DNA of 63,999 bases, filler included, from Choristocarpus tenellus KU-1152 (GCA_964200185.2; 16 parts of 16 records of this genome joined end to end with filler, not necessarily neighbours in it); one strand, 5' to 3'. Positions 27,670 through 41,590 are shown, counted from the whole stretch's first letter. Program-made: numbers and translations. The notes: generated by a model from the sequence alone, not told the origin.

Positions 27670-27949
27670 GACCCGAAGTATCTAGGGGGGGGGGGGGGGG
27701 GGGGGCGCCCGGGGGGTGCTTTGGGCTCACAACCAGGAAAGGGAATTTTTTTATATCNNNNNNNNNNGGTGTAGGTGGGGGGGGGGGGGTGGGGGGGGGG
27801 CTGCTCCAGGGTGTCCATTTGGATCATAACCAGGAAAAGTACATTTTCATTATCCATCCAACGTATGGAGTCCAATCACACAAAAATCGTGACATGAAAA
27901 AATTGGCCCTAAGTGGACAGCCGCCACACACTCCCAGATACTTTGAGCC
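27670..27949. mobile_element. MITE family B copy spanning a small N gap
   Basis: GACCCGAAGTATCT+G-tract ... CCCAGATACTTTGAGCC; flanks TTCA/ATCA. Confidence 0.8.
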
Positions 27950-28790
27950 ATCAGTGTTGGGATATTCACATGTCTTCGTGCCGTCCAATGTATGCAAGCA
28001 TCAATCACACAGGCGAGGCTACAGCTAAGGCTCTGAAGTGGGGGAGTCATAGTGAGGCTGCATGGAGCCGAGGGCCCTATCCATGTTTCCTGGTGATTGT
28101 GTTTTTTTTGTTACATCCACCTTGCCCTGCATGTTTTGGTACATGTGTACGTATGTGTGCGTCCACAGACGTATTTGGGTTGTTGCTGTATATTACGTTT
28201 CTGTTGTGAGACAGGAACGTTCTAGAATATTTTATGATCAACAGATGATAAGGCACAAGAGAGGATTGAAAACACCTTGCATGGCGTGTATGTGCTCATC
28301 GTGATCATGCATTTTTTATTGTGTTACCTGCCTTTCTATGTAGTGTCCACGGTGCTTTCAAACCAGTTACATGACATCAAGAACAAACACCAGCAGGAGG
28401 AGGAGAATTATGGCAGCTGCCACACAGTGTACCTATATGAGAAGAGCCTCTTCTACTCATTAAAGGCGTTGGAGGAAAAAACTGAAGAAATGGCATGCAC
28501 TTGGTGGTACTCACAGTAGTAGTAGACCGTCCACCCTTAAACAGCGGATCATGATAATGGCGGATGGATCATTTCATGGAGGATGGGTTTGACCGNNNNN
28601 NNNNNNNNNNNNNNNNNNNNNNNNNNNNNNNNNNNNNNNTTAATTAATTAANNNNNNNNNNNNNNNNNNNNNNNNNNNNNNNNNNNNNNNNNNNNAGGAC
28701 TTCCGTCACCACAGAGTAGTGTTTCTTTTTTCTCTCTTTGAATACCCGTCCCTCCCCCCCCCCCCTCCCTCCCCCCCCCCCCTACCTCAC

Positions 28791-31142
28791 CTCAGGTATA
28801 AGCATGTTGGCAATCTCAGCTCGCCTCTTCTCCTTGGAGCTACCTGCTGGATACAGGTCCCTCGGATCTATGGTAGCACCCTTCTGTAGCCAGTGCTCCA
28901 GGCGGAGGTAGCGATCAGGCTCTTCCTTCTTTAGTTGCAGGAACGGATCTGCGGTTCGAAGGATCTCCCTATCACGTAAGTCAATTGAGCAAGCAATGGA
29001 GTTGGTTGAGGAGGGGAAGGCGTGCAGGATCGAAAAAGGGGTGGGAGGAATAGGAAATAGGACTGTCCCCTCAAGATCTTGGCCCCGGTGTGTAGGTATA
29101 TGTTGCTAGGAAGTTTACTAACATCGTGTGATGAAGTACGGTGTACTGAGAAAGGCTAAGGACCAAGAGGTTTGACTTTGACTGACAAATTGATGTACTT
29201 TCTTACAAATCTATATTTCCAATTAAAGTACTCTTTCAAGCTTTCCACTCCCCCCTCCCCCACACACACACCCAACCTCCCCAGTCCCTCTCACCTGGCA
29301 ATATCAAGCTCTCTCATCTCCAGCAATTCCAACACCAACTGTTCATATACAGCCAGCAACTTGGCCAGCGGAAGCGACAGGGATGACACCTTTGATCCAT
29401 CAGAGGTAGTGTGTGAAGAGATGCATACATAGCAGGGTTGGAAACTTACAAGGATATGAAGTTCAGCACCAACTACCCATGGCTAACAACGAATCGGAAG
29501 TTAAATGTCGCGAAAATTGTATCATCAGGCTTTGTCAAAAGAAGCCACGCACAAGGCATTCCTGAATTGAAGCTGGCATGCAACACGATTGGATGCATAC
29601 TGCCTGTGTTGGGTCAGATATTGATCTGGTCCAGTCGTGTAAGAATTCCTATATAGGGTTAGGTCAGTGTTGGTAAGTGAGTTGGGACTTGGGTACAATC
29701 TACGAGATGGTCCTAGAATGAAATTCTGATTTCACCTGTATCTGGGCTATGCAAGAATTAGAAAATACTTCATTTGCATGCAAATATGCACACGCGCACA
29801 CAGGCGCATCCAACACACCTGGGGCATGACCGCTTCCCAGCGCCCGTGGTTGATATCACCCATAAGGTTGTCTAGGTTGTCAATAGTGTTCAGGCACACG
29901 TTAGACTCTGCCTGGAGAGATCTCATGGTGCGTGTGAGGTTGTTTTCCTGCTCCGTTTAACATTAGTGCAGGGTACAAGCAGTCCAATAGGCGTGGTGAG
30001 AGGAACAGCTGAAGTGTGGAGCCGACTTGGAAGGGCTCTACTATAACTTCGGGAAAGCTCCTCGCCCACTAGGGAAAGGGGATGACAAACTGATTAATAG
30101 ATTTATGGAGGGTATGGACATTAGCAGTATTACTATCCTGTAAGGCAACTAACTACGACTCTGATTCCGCTTGACCCCTGTCCTTACTATACCTTCCATA
30201 AATACAAGTCACAACCTCTGCAAGCACTCTAGTGACCATAGAAATAGTAAGCAGAATGGCTCGGCAACTGATTAGTCCAGCTTAACCTTATCAAAACAAT
30301 TCGAAGGTTGCAAAAGATACAGTCTAACATTTCCCAACGATCGACGGCGATATAATGCGAGGAGAAGTGGTACGTACTGCATAGAGCCAAGAACGGGAGC
30401 TGTCCTAAACGAATCCATAGTCTTCACAAATAGATGCGATCGCCACAGAACAAGCACACAATATACCAAGTACAAGAAATACATGATCGGCGTAGTTCGA
30501 GATGAAGTAAATTTGTGCTTGATCTCAACATCAACATGAAGTATGCAATGATATACTACTGCAACTCCCTAAGCCCATGGTGCGCGATCGCTGTGCATGA
30601 GTATTGCGCAAATGTTTTCCGTCGACTAAGGACCGAAGTCGTGTTCTGTTGTTGTGTTATCTGTTTGTCTTGATAGTATGCACCTAAGCATCTATCTACC
30701 CCCCTGCAAATACCCTTCTAGTCTACAGGGGATAGTGATAACAGCGAAGGGGCTTTGAACTTTACAGGAACATTATCAAGTCTTGACTCAAACCTTGGCC
30801 TCGTGATGTACACATATGGGCAAGATACCACTGGTCAGAGTATCTCGGCAACACAAGGATAGGTGGGATAGCAGATGTGTTCCAACCACCTTGGTACAAG
30901 AAATCCAAGGTCAACTACAACCGTCTTCCCCTCCCCCCAATACAAGCGCGAGAGCGAACGAAACTCTAAAATGTTCTACTCTATTGTTGATGGGTTGAAG
31001 GGAGGATAAGGTCTAGGGTGGGACAGCAAACACGAACGGGATTGGGGTCAACAGTGATTCTCATTTGAACAAACTATGAGCGTACCTTGAGAAATTGCAG
31101 GATAAGGCGGATAACATCTTCTGATTCCACCTCAAAATTCAT
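28791..31142 (-). CDS. SMU1: WD40 splicing factor SMU1, N-terminal LisH/CTLH region (first four exons)
   Basis: Exons 31142-31086 (MNFEVESEDVIRLILQFLK), 29947-29819 (ENNL...LNTIDN...INHGRWEAVMPQ), 29389-29295 (VYEQLVLELLEMRELDIA) and 28968-28791 (DPRDLYPAGSSKEKRRAEIA). Phases are consistent and the sequence is close to the SMU1 N-terminus. Confidence 0.95.
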
Positions 31143-32593
31143 AGTGCTGGCGTCCTCGACAGGGCAATCCACGAGGGTGGAAGAAGTTAGGAAGGAGGAC
31201 TACCTTCTACTTTGGTTAGGTTTGATATGCCTCGATCATCCCCTGTTTCCGATATGATCCCGATACTGTAGAATAAAGGTAGGGGGTAATGCAATAATTA
31301 TACTATGTTTGTAATACAGATGGAAACAGGTTGTTCATACTAAACAGGGAGGACCCACAGGAGGAAGGGAATGGAGAGAGACAAGGCAGGGGGGTAAGTA
31401 ATCCCTCAGAAAGTCACTCAGAGAGGAGTGAACTGGCAAAAGTGAATGAGGGGGGTTTGTAAGGTCCACTCAAAACACCCGATATTTACTTCAACAAGCA
31501 AATAATACTGATGTCATATGACACAACAGACCTTCTGATGTGTATCTTCTCAAACAAGGTCACCTTAAGGTATAACTTAGTTGGAAGATGCCTATCGTAT
31601 GTCTTATACTAAAATTTATGGACAAAACACGTTTGACACAGTCACTCTACAAATGACTCTCTCAACACCATGATCAGTTTTAACTTCGAGAGGTTAAAAA
31701 GAAAAGGGGCATGAAATGTTATTGGAATACTTCCCTACCAATCATCCACCTTCATAGGGTTTATGTAGGTTTGAAGGATAGGAGTGTGCGTATTACATTA
31801 CTTTGTACTGACCCATTGAAGGGAACATATCGTAGTTGTGATATAGTTTTTAACTAGTGAATATTTGTTTTAAAAGAGGTCTTTTGAAATTGATTTTACC
31901 TGCTGCTTTTCCAGTAGTCCTTGTGATAAACTTGTTTTGGTTTTTCCATGACAAATCTGGAAAAATGTTAGAGAGAATGAACAATAGAGAGAGAATAGAC
32001 GAAAATATATGCACCTTGGTTGTGTCAGCTCAAAATACATGTAGTAGGACCAAATACTTTATAGAGTCGAAATATAGACCTACCCACTGTTGTTGCTTAG
32101 ATGTCAAAACATGCAAGGCGACGTTCATACATGCCTTATGTACATTACATGATGTAAGGATTTCGTTATACACACATCGGTATATATTTCTCGAGACTCA
32201 AAAAGAATAATAACAGGTTCAATAGACCAATAATTACTAATAACCTCAACACCTTCGGGATTGAAAGTTTTGAGCGCCTCGGTAAGCAAGCAGAAAGTTT
32301 TCTGGATACGTTCGCTACGCACGTGGTAGGGGGGAGAGGGGTGGGGAGGTCACAGCAGGAAAGGAGCTGTCAAATCCCGTTTACAACAGTGTCACAATAC
32401 AAGTGGCTCTATCAAGAAGACGTGTCATGTGTTTTAAGCTGGAGTCACCAGGGAGATGGGCAAGGAGGGGCCTGTCAGATTCTTGGGATACTTCCCTAGC
32501 CCCTGGACCTGTGGTGTAGGGCTAAGCTAGGTTGGAGGCATAGTAGGGGAGTGGTGTAGTATAGCTGGTAGTCAAATAGTAAATAGATATTGG

Positions 32594-32867
32594 AGAGATA
32601 CCTTTCACATTTACGACAACTGTTACTTTTACGGGAGTCCTTTGATATTGAGCTGGCTTTTCCCTGACACATCTCCAAAAAAATGTCAAGGGGCATCATA
32701 ATATATCATATAATATATCAAAAACAAAATGAATAGGTGGGGTATTCACCATAATGAGAGGCGTTAAGTTGATTCTACAGAGATAGCTTTCACATTAGCG
32801 ACAACTCTCACTTTTACAGCAATCCTTTTAATATTGGTTTGCCTTTTTTCTTGACAGATCTCCAAAA
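32594..32867. repeat. Diverged ~88-bp direct duplication
   Basis: GAGATACCTTTCACATT...ATCTCCAAAAA (~32594-32680) versus GAGATAGCTTTCACATT...ATCTCCAAAAA (~32779-32867). Confidence 0.7.
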
Positions 32868-33339
32868 AGTTAGGGTACATAATAGTATATTCTAGATGGG
32901 AGACGTTTGAAAGTATTCTTCTCTGTATACCAACCACTAACTTTCATTTGTCCATGCCCTTTTTTAAAGAGTTAAAATAGAATCGTGAACTTAATGGGAT
33001 ATATTCTTCACAAAAAGAACGGTTAACCACCTGTATTGGACTACAACATAGGATTCTGAATGGCCGTTGAAGTGATGGACTTAGAATGGTTAAAGCAGTC
33101 AGGTTTCCATCATCACCCCCACATACACTTCAACTTCAAAGTGAGAGTTTATGAAGTAAACTGAGTTTTGTTGGGCGGGAGAATTCTGGTTGACTGGGGG
33201 CAAAGGACAAGAATNNNNNNNNNNNNNNNNNNNNNNNNNNNNNNNNNNNNNNNNNNNNTTAATTAATTAANNNNNNNNNNNNNNNNNNNNNNNNNNNNNN
33301 NNNNNNNNNNNNNNCCAACCTCCAATTTTCCCCCCGGTG

Positions 33340-33376
33340 GAGCCCCCCCCCCCCCCCCTCCCAGATACTTTGAGCC
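33340..33376. mobile_element. MITE family B end (near contig start)
   Basis: Poly-C followed by CCAGATACTTTGAGCC. Confidence 0.75.
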
Positions 33377-36168
33377 TAATGGCTGATATCCAGGCGTTAT
33401 TTTCGGTCTTTGCTATTGAGTTTTTGAGTCATCATTACAAACTAGATAAGTCTGCTCAGGGATTGCAACATACATGGGTTATCATCATGCCTCTAGTGGT
33501 TTCTATCTCACCCCTCGTAAAATATCCCCTTGTGCAGAAGTGATTGCTGCCACACACACACTGCTGCCGACAACATTGTGTGCAATGAACAGGTCCGGTA
33601 TTTCTGTCATTGCATCCACCCACAGCGCAGAAAAAACTGACTCAGAGTCGATATTTTTGTTATGTGGTTGACAGGATCGGTCCCCCATTGTGTTTCCCTT
33701 TGCCTAAGACTTCTGTCAATCTTATTGGAGGAGTTAGTTATGGGTCTTATGGGTACAAATATTGTCAAGGTTTTGTTATTATTTTATTGATGCTTCCCTA
33801 CCACTCACTACACAATATTATGCTACGTTGCCAAATAATCATAATAATACTCTGGAAAAGATGTATGCATATACATGTGCACCCAAAGTATGTTTGCAGG
33901 AAAAGTACTCAGCTAGGCAGAGTTCACTACGACGACAACTCACGCATGCTACTACTCGTATCACATTCATAGCATATTCCCTTACATTTATTCTCCTTTC
34001 TGGAATGGCCTTTTAAAAAAAATCTCGGAGTAGAACTGTCTTTCCACCACGAACAGTTATTGAGGTGTTCATGAATTACAATACTTTCTTCTACCATGAC
34101 TGCCCTCGTAAAACTCACAGTTCCGAACTACTATTAACCATTCTTTGCCACTTCTTTTCTTCTACGAGATAAGGGTAATTCCGGATCTGTACCCCTCATT
34201 ATCCCTCTTCTTAGAATTAATGTTGTTCCCCATTGCTGTCAACGCGATCACACCTTGTTCATTATCATGGTCAGTCAAATCAACTCAGCGGTAGGGAGGG
34301 TTGAACTTTAAGGATCTAAATGAAGGGCAAAAAAGGCCTTTTTGGTACAATGGGGAAAATAACCTTTGCTTAATTGTGGTGCCACTTTGTGTGTGGAAAG
34401 GGGGAGTATCTAAATTTTGCGAACACTGCTTGCTCAAGGTAAGAAATGTGGCTTAAAATGCAAAAGGTTCCAAACCTGCATACCTCTTGATTGGTTTGAC
34501 TCTGATGATATCTGAGGTTATATTAATACCATTAAGAACAAGAAATTATTTAGTTGGCGTAACAATCAATTTCGGAAGATATTTTTCTAGGAACTTCAAA
34601 ACAAAATCATACCGGCAAATGTGGTAGTCATGCTCGCTAAAATGTTCCAAGAAGAGGGTGTTCTTGGAGGCCGTATCAGCAACGAACGGTGAAGGGTGCG
34701 TACAATCGCTTCTTAAAATTTGCTTTAGTTATGGAGGGATGAAGTTGTATTGTAGACATCGTGAAAACGACTTGTTACGATGTATTCACACCAATCAGAT
34801 TGTATCAACGACCCCACAGAAGGCCTCTCCATTTAAACCCATGCTAGAGCTATGGTCGACGGATTGCTGGCGTTGACATGTCCAACAGGGCCTACTCTTC
34901 ATAAGGAACCTGTTCGGGAACGATTCCCCAATCTGAATCTTCCCGTGGAAGGATATCAATTTTGCTGTGGTACACAATGTCATGGTTGGTGGTGTATTTT
35001 ATATGCGAATTTCACATCGTCACTGTTCTTCTGAATAGGAAGTAGTGAAGAAAGTATGACAGTGCGGGTTCCCCTGTGCACTTCAGCACCCTCACAATAA
35101 ACTTGTTTGTATATCGTCCCACAATAAATGAAAATAAATAAACAGCTGTCTTGCTGACACTAAGCCCGTAATGAGAAACTAATTCCCCTATGAAGTCAAT
35201 TTTCATATATAATTGTACTACATATGTTTCATGCAACCTATCTTTTGTCATAAAAATTTCCATTTGTAAGATCTTAAAACTGATCTTATTCCCATTTACC
35301 CTATTTCGCCAGCCTGGACGCTCTCACAGTCAGTGCACACCACCCCTGCTTGATCCTTTCATCATTAGTCTCATGATCATCTTGTACAGTTTGTTTCGTA
35401 TGGGCTAGCATATATATACCCTCTGGTCATCAATCGTTCTTTATTCTAATTACTCTCAATTAATACAAAATGACTACTATTGTGTGGGATCTAAAGAAGA
35501 AACATTCTTCACAGACGATCTTTCCTGATCACTCTCTTCACATCTGAACTTGCAGGGCAATACGTTTCCTTCCTCTCTTCCTCCACCCATGAGCACAGCA
35601 TCACATCACCAATATCCCGTGATATGCTTACACCAAAGGGCACTACATCGAATCAAAGGAGGCATCCAGTTCGATAAAAAAACTTTTCACATGAGTGAAA
35701 GAAAGTATTTTCATACTTTAAAGCAGAGTATCTTTATTTAACGTCTGTATGGAGAGCCTCCTTACTGAAAAGACACAAGCAGTAGAGTATTTGACTCAAG
35801 ATATGTGCTTTACAACCATTCAACACACAGCAACAATTCAAAACCATTGAAAGCGCTCTACCCTCCCAAGCAGCCTCGAGTACCCAAACTGCACTTGCAC
35901 ACATGAATGACCTACGTTGATAATAAGCCACACAAAAGCTAACTGCTACTCATGTCTTCGCCACGATGTCCCACTCTAGTTCTAACCCACCCCATTGCAC
36001 ACTGGTATGAGAGAACGGAGTATCACCAGGAACAAATCGCCATCGCCACGAAGTACATAACCTGATTTCAGCATCCTCGAAAGGGAAAAACCATAAAATC
36101 GTGATTCATGACCATGAAAAGAATGCTCATCACACTACCTCCTACCAAACAAACCTATTACCGAACAA

Positions 36169-37940
36169 CTAACCACCCTGTGATGGAAGCCGGAAGCCAT
36201 ACGCCCACAGCAACGGCAACACCGCTGCAAGTCCCCCAAAGGCTACAATCTCATTTCCCCCCCGTCCCTCTGCTATCAGTAACGCCTGATAAACCGCTTG
36301 GTTGGCAATCACCACCGCAGACACAAACGCAGACTTTTGCCAGAGACCTTTCTGTGGGAAACTCTGGAGCTGAAGGACAGGATCTTCTGCCAAAGCCTTC
36401 TGAGCCGCCAATGCCCCGGCCATAGCATCTTCTACCTCCTGGCGACCTTTGTCCAGGGACTCTAGAGCCGGCTGGGAGTCTTGAATGTAGCCCTCCAGCA
36501 ATGCTGTGGATTTCTCCTTGAACTTCACTGCAAACTGCTCCGCCAGATATTCGTTGTACGTGGTGTTGCCCAGTCCCGCCTTCAGCTCCTCCCCTAGCTC
36601 CATCATAGCCTTGGATCCTTTCTTTGCCCCCCCCCCCAGGGGAGATAGAGGGAATGAAAAGATCATGAGCAGGGAACCGTTGAAAACCGTTGCACCAACA
36701 CACGAGTGTATCGTGTTGCACAGAAGAGCAAGAAAGGAGAGGGACGAGGAGAGCAAGGTTGTCCAGGAGGTGAGATAAGTCAATGAGAAAATTCACGATC
36801 AGGTAATGAACATGTACCCAATGGTACATAGACACAAAGGTGTCCATCGGTTCAGCTATCAAGATACATCCCCACAACCGCAGACTGTTGCTGCAGCAGA
36901 GCATCAAGTATATACAAACCCAAAGGAAACACTGCAGCAGCGCCATACACCCCGTAGCACCACAGCACGTTCCCCTCCTTCTGCGTGCATGTGTCACTAC
37001 TTCAAAGCAGTTCTTTATTATGCTCACCTCTCAGCGTACACCAGATCATTTCCTCAACAACTCCGTGCCAAAACCTCATTGAGATAAAAACAACAAAAAA
37101 AACCCACAAAGGTTGACCCCCCCCTCCGCAACAGAAGTAATAAAAAACAAAAACATAAAACAAAAATGGAACGTTACCAAAACTTCCATCTCGTGACCAA
37201 AGAACTCACCTAAAATTTCAATCAACAGGGAAGTAAGATAAAAAAAAAAAAATCTGAAAAAACCGTAAGAACAAAACACATTTGAAATCTACACCAAGAA
37301 GAAAAGCAAAGCGAAAACGGATGCAGTGGCCTCACATCCAGCTCGTCGTCCAAAAGCTTTTGCACCTCAATGTCCTTCAACAAATCTGTCACAAATGCAC
37401 TGGTCACACGAGCAGGGGGAGGGCATAACAGTAAGGACTGGAGGTCGAGCATTTCTGTCATGGTGGGGTGAAGCATCGGTTCGTGTAGAGGGATCGAGAT
37501 GACAATGGCGCCAGTAGACACGGAACATACATGCAGGAACGTGTGAGGGGAGGAGAACCTTTTCCTGACAGAACAAAAAAGCACCTTCAGCAACACCCAC
37601 GATGATCTGAGGAAAAAGCAGACCACCCTTACGATATTCTAGAACGTGTTTGTTTCCCTGTACGGAGGGGAGAACAACTCTCTTGAGAAACACCGGTGTC
37701 GATGAGGAGTACGGATGGGGAGGGTCGAGTGCAGGTGGAGAGGAGGAGGAGGAACAAGGACCAGGCGCCACAATGACCCAACAGCAGCCCGGAGGTAAGC
37801 GTTCGGGGGGAGGGTATCGGCAGTGGGAAGAGGAGTGATGATGGGAGCAGGGGGTCAAAGGAGCGGAACGGGTAGCAGCCCAGACAGTCCAAGAGGCGAC
37901 ATGGCAGGGGAACCGATGCACAGCTAGAGGAGGAGACCAC
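36169..37940 (-). CDS. Hypothetical membrane protein (helical region plus two C-terminal hydrophobic segments)
   Basis: Terminal exon ~36621-36169 (KGSKAMMELGEELK...SAVVIANQAVYQALLIA...VAFGGLAAVLPLLWAYGFRLPSQGG*) joins in phase 0 to an exon ending LLKDIEVQKLLDDELD at 37336. The 5' exon (~37633-37940) is uncertain. Confidence 0.6.
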
Positions 37941-38679
37941 TAGGGGTGATGACTTTGCAAGTTTTGCAACAATAGAGGAAAGGGAGGAGGTATCTGCGAG
38001 GTCATCTTTTTGTGGAAGGAGTTATGTTGAGTGGAAATGGGTCGAGCTGGCACACATCTAAAGCGAACAGGATCTATTGGAGCACCAGATGAGGAGGTGA
38101 GTGACAGAATAGACAAGAGAGTGAATGACATAAGATTTGGGTGCCTGTACAGGTGTAGGTACAGGCAGTAGATGCAAGGATAGGGGTACTGGCCAGGAGG
38201 TCAAGGGTATGAAACCACTCTGACTTAGAGGCAAGGAGAGGAGTTGACACCATATGGAGCTTTGTTGTTGGTAGAGGCTCGTGTGAGAACGCCTGCCTGG
38301 ATGTCATACTAAGCTGGACTGAGAAGTGGGTAAGGGAGAAGTGAGTATGAACAGGAGTGCTGGGTTCAGTAGAAGGCTAGAAGGGGAATGTTGATATTCA
38401 AGTGAGCATTAAAAAAAAAACAATGAAAAAAAAGATGGACAAAAGGAGGAGTCAGTGCAAGCATGAATTGTGACTTCTAAGATAGTTAAATGAGTGCCTG
38501 CACAAATTTCAGAAATATATACTGCCCTGGAAGACGGGCCAAGGGAAGATCCAGTACAGAGAGTGTGGGGGGTATAGATNNNNNNNNNNNNNNNNNNNNN
38601 NNNNNNNNNNNNNNNNNNNNNNNTTAATTAATTAANNNNNNNNNNNNNNNNNNNNNNNNNNNNNNNNNNNNNNNNNNNN

Positions 38680-41590
38680 GGCTACTCCGAGCGCCAGAAG
38701 ATCATGGCCGCACACGTCGAAGGCCAGTTCGCAGAGGTGTTCTTCACTCCTATCAATCTTGGAGGAGGTACGTACTGTAGAGTAGCGTAAGAGCTAATAA
38801 TCAACGGGTAGTGGAGATCGCAGACATGTACATCTTCCGTATGGGTGTATGTCCTCTAGGTTGCATAAAAAAATTACATTACCCCTTTTTTTAACTCCAA
38901 ATAAACAATACGTATAGGAGCATGGTACTATTTGCCAACAGTTGTTGAACATCATTGTTCGCGCAGGTTGTAACCTTGTCTGCACAGCCACCCACCTTGC
39001 CCTCACAAGGCTTATTGACAAGTACTGCAACAGCCTCGATGACTCGGGGAATTGCATCATCCAGCATGCGCATTGGCAGGTAAGAAGATTTCATCTTGAC
39101 ACCACCTACTCAACACATACTCGCTGAATACCAGTCACCAAGTAACTAACTGCACGGTCTTTAGTTTTGGTTTGTGTGTTGCAACCTGCATGTATGATGG
39201 CGGTGATGTAGAGATTGTGCTCTAGCAATACTGGAAACCTACCCTGTTCCTCCACGAAACGCGGCGAAATGGGCTGACATACTGGCCTCACGCCCATCCC
39301 TCCCTCGCTCCCAACTCCCCAAACTGGCCAGGTCGACAACTGCGTCTCAGAGAACAATAACATTTTCTTTCTCGGATACACGGGGCTGTTGGTTGCGGCG
39401 AGTGTCATTCGTGTGGTCGAGATACATTTTATGATGGTGGGGCACACGCACATCAAAATCGATCAGATTTTCTCCAGGTAATTAGGCAATATATGCAAGT
39501 TCGATAGCCACATATTGTTTTTATATGGACAGATACAGCCTCGAGGCTTGCAGCTCACGCTTGTTGCATTCCTGGAAGGTTTATGGCCGTCGCTGTAATT
39601 GATCGATTGGCTTTTGATTTCCCCACAACAAAATTTACTGATAAGAGCAGCTGCCAAAACTATTTCGTAACCTACTCTCGAAACAAAACAATAAAAAAAA
39701 ATGTACGCATCACCCAATTTTATATTGATTTTTCCACATACATATATCAGAGCATGTGCCTGCATATATATCCTGCTTGTCCACTTCGCTTCTTTCGCCC
39801 CCGCCTCGAAATTAACTTGCTTGCATTTCACCTTCAGGTTCTCACGTGGAATAAAAGGCAAAAACATATTCACAAGAACACAGCTGGGTGAAGAATTGCA
39901 GGCCTCCTACACGGAGGTTCCAGTATACTACAAGACCCTGCGGAACGAGGGCAATTTCAAGGGACTCCTTCGCGGTCGCGTCAACCGTGTCCCCAATATC
40001 ACGAGCTACAGGGCTTTTCGCGTTGAAAAAGGCGGTGATGGGCGGGTGAAGGTTAGCGTAAAGCACTACATGCACAACACAGAATGGAGTGGGATAGGCG
40101 GAGACCTTGCTATGGACCCCAACACCCCTCCGCACGACCTCTTCCTCGGCCACCCGCCTCGTATCCAAGATGCACCACCCTGCCAGCTCAAGAGCGTTCC
40201 CAAAGAAGTCATCCTGAAGGTGGAGCAGCGGTACCAGGCGTCGCACGAGCGCCTCCCTGCTGCGTACCCACAGGGTAAGTCGACTTTTTCGTGAGGGGAG
40301 TTGATAGCTAATTTTGGTATTCGGTGGCAGTCAAAAACATCCGGTGTAACTTTTGTACGAGGCAGCATTTGCAGCCTTTAGAAAAAAAAATCTTGAAAAA
40401 AATTGCATTCTCATGTGTAGTGATCGTCGCATGTTACAATAAAAATCACCATAGATTACTCCCCATAAATGTTTTGAGGTTACCGTTCTTGTACTCAACA
40501 GAGACGATTCCCACGAAATATACACCCTCCCTCTCACCGCATGCTCCCCAAGCGCATTCGTGAAACTTCACGCCTGGTAACAAAGTAACATTCATGCATC
40601 CATATCGTTAATGTCCTCGTGCTCATGGATTCCACCTTCGCAGACGATGAAGCCGTTCAGAGAGCAAAACACGAGCAAAGCGAGTCTGTGCGACTTCTCC
40701 AAAAGACAGGGGAACGAGATTTCGACCTCCCAGTCCATTGGCTTCCCACCGATGACGATGGCGCTGGAACTAGCACCGGCGACGTCGAAGACAATGACCA
40801 GGGCGAACGTTCGGGTGGGGGAGATAATCTCGTCAGCGGTGACAATGATCTCGGCGGGCTCGAGGAAACAGACTCTTCCTCATTGGACAGTGACAAGGAA
40901 GAACCTGGATCCCGTCGATGGGGTTGGCTTCGTACTACGTTGACATCGGGGAACCATGGAAACCTAATCTCAGTGCAGGAAGGCAGGTTTGCCTTTTTTG
41001 TGGCAACGGAGGCGCCGCTCTTGGTCGGCAAGATCCTAGCGGAGCGCGTTGGCCAGGACGGGGAGCGTGGGGTGGATATTCACTGGCTTCGACTGACCAG
41101 TGATCACACACTTGACAACACCGCGACCCTAACCCTTGAGAAATATGGCAAAAGTTGTTTTGTAGAAGGCTGGGTGCACGCTGGTGATAGATCCGGGCGA
41201 GGTGGGAAACAGAAGCAAGTTAAAGACGTTAGCTGGGAACCCGTGGCAGGTATTGTTTGGACTTGCGATAAACTTGTTGGGAACGGCAGGAAGATTCCTA
41301 CCAAGGTCTTGACAGTTCTACGGTCTGCTATCGAGCCGAGGGAAAGGGGGGGTTTTGTGAGAGAGGGACGGAACACTACATTGAAGGGACGAGGAGAGGA
41401 GAGGGGGGGGAGAATGGGGATGAAAGGGAAGACAACACCGGCGACGACAAGGAGGAGAACGAGGAGGAAGATGAAGAGGAGGAGGAGGACGAGGAGCAGC
41501 AGAAGGAAGACAAGGACGACAAGGACAATTATGATAAGGAGAACATCGGTACGGGGCAGGGTAGAGGGGCCTCTGCCAGTGCAGGCGCAT
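38680..41590 (+). mobile_element. Intron-containing DDD transposase gene, DUF7869/Sola-like (partial)
   Basis: Exons 38680-38767, 38967-39079, 39332-39477, 39838-40274 and 40644-41590 splice in phase to give WQVDNCVSENNN...FMMVGHTHIKIDQIFSRFS, i.e. the DNC..xNKN / F.xxGHTHxxIDxxFS signature. The contig is more GC/CpG-rich than the host genes. Confidence 0.75.

Noticed and set aside
779-31142. Apparent cluster of stress/RNA-processing genes (calnexin, REX1, AOX, GSR, SMU1)
   Set aside because: Each gene is on a separate contig; their proximity is a concatenation artefact.
34300-35010. Possible decayed retroelement RT on the minus strand
   Set aside because: Too many stops and frameshifts; no intact motif.
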